DNA from: Chiloscyllium plagiosum
Taxonomy: Eukaryota
Reading direction: 5' to 3'
Assembly: GCF_004010195.1 (NCBI RefSeq)
Contig: NC_057718.1
Coordinates: 56,970,710 to 56,990,709 of the forward strand
Length of the DNA: 20,000 nt
Part shown: positions 19,936 through 20,000 of the stretch, one piece after another
Layout of the letters: each line of letters begins with the position of its first letter
How positions within the stretch are numbered: position 1 is the stretch's first letter
Notes under the pieces: generated by a model
Seen by the model: only the letters and a program-made list of their open reading frames with translations
Told to the model about the DNA's origin: nothing
The model's database searches: none
Program-made: the position numbers and the translations under genes

Positions 19936-20000
19936 GCCGCCTTGGAGTTGTTTTCTGTTATTATTTTATGTATATATGAGGGATGTATGTATATGTGTGT

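Larger units (their letters stand above)
18786..20000 (+). mobile_element. L1-clade LINE 5' end (5' UTR, ORF1, inter-ORF spacer); runs off the window
   Basis: Begins GGGGATCCAAGATGGCGGC. ~180-nt 5' UTR, ORF1p motifs, and a GC/CpG-rich body against an AT-rich background. Confidence 0.9.

Noticed and set aside
1..20000. CRISPR arrays, prokaryotic operons, true tRNA or rRNA genes
   Set aside because: None seen. The sequence is vertebrate repeat DNA, and tRNA-like boxes belong to SINEs.

Overview
This is a eukaryotic, AT-rich window, most likely from a cartilaginous fish (shark or ray), judging by an HE1-like V-SINE and CR1/HER1-type LINE tails. It is largely a stack of nested, decayed transposable elements, and I can support no host exon. 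Contents in order: (1) a minus-strand CR1 fragment split by a 577-bp LTR-like insert with AGT...ACT ends and a 4-bp TSD; (2) a 5'-truncated CR1 with an open 269-codon ORF2 tail; (3) an old L2 carrying a 99-bp hairpin insert with a 10-bp TSD; (4) short Penelope-derived and SINE fragments; (5) a degenerate canonical-order Ty3/Gypsy element (~6508-12022) whose RT catalytic core is replaced by ~1.33 kb of other DNA containing a Myb/SANT (Harbinger-type) relic; (6) a 1.6-kb minus-strand CR1; (7) a fragmented minus-strand Gypsy with inverted IN-RT-RH order (Gmr1-like, ~14600-17365), interrupted by a CR1 tail and a Rex1/Babar LINE that itself holds the SINE; (8) the 5' end of a CpG-rich L1-clade LINE with a YY1-type motif and a frameshifted ORF1. 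Family names come from manual translation and recalled motifs, not database searches. I found no convincing new biological system. The most notable items are the cryptic Gmr1-order element, the RT-core replacement and the L1 5' architecture.
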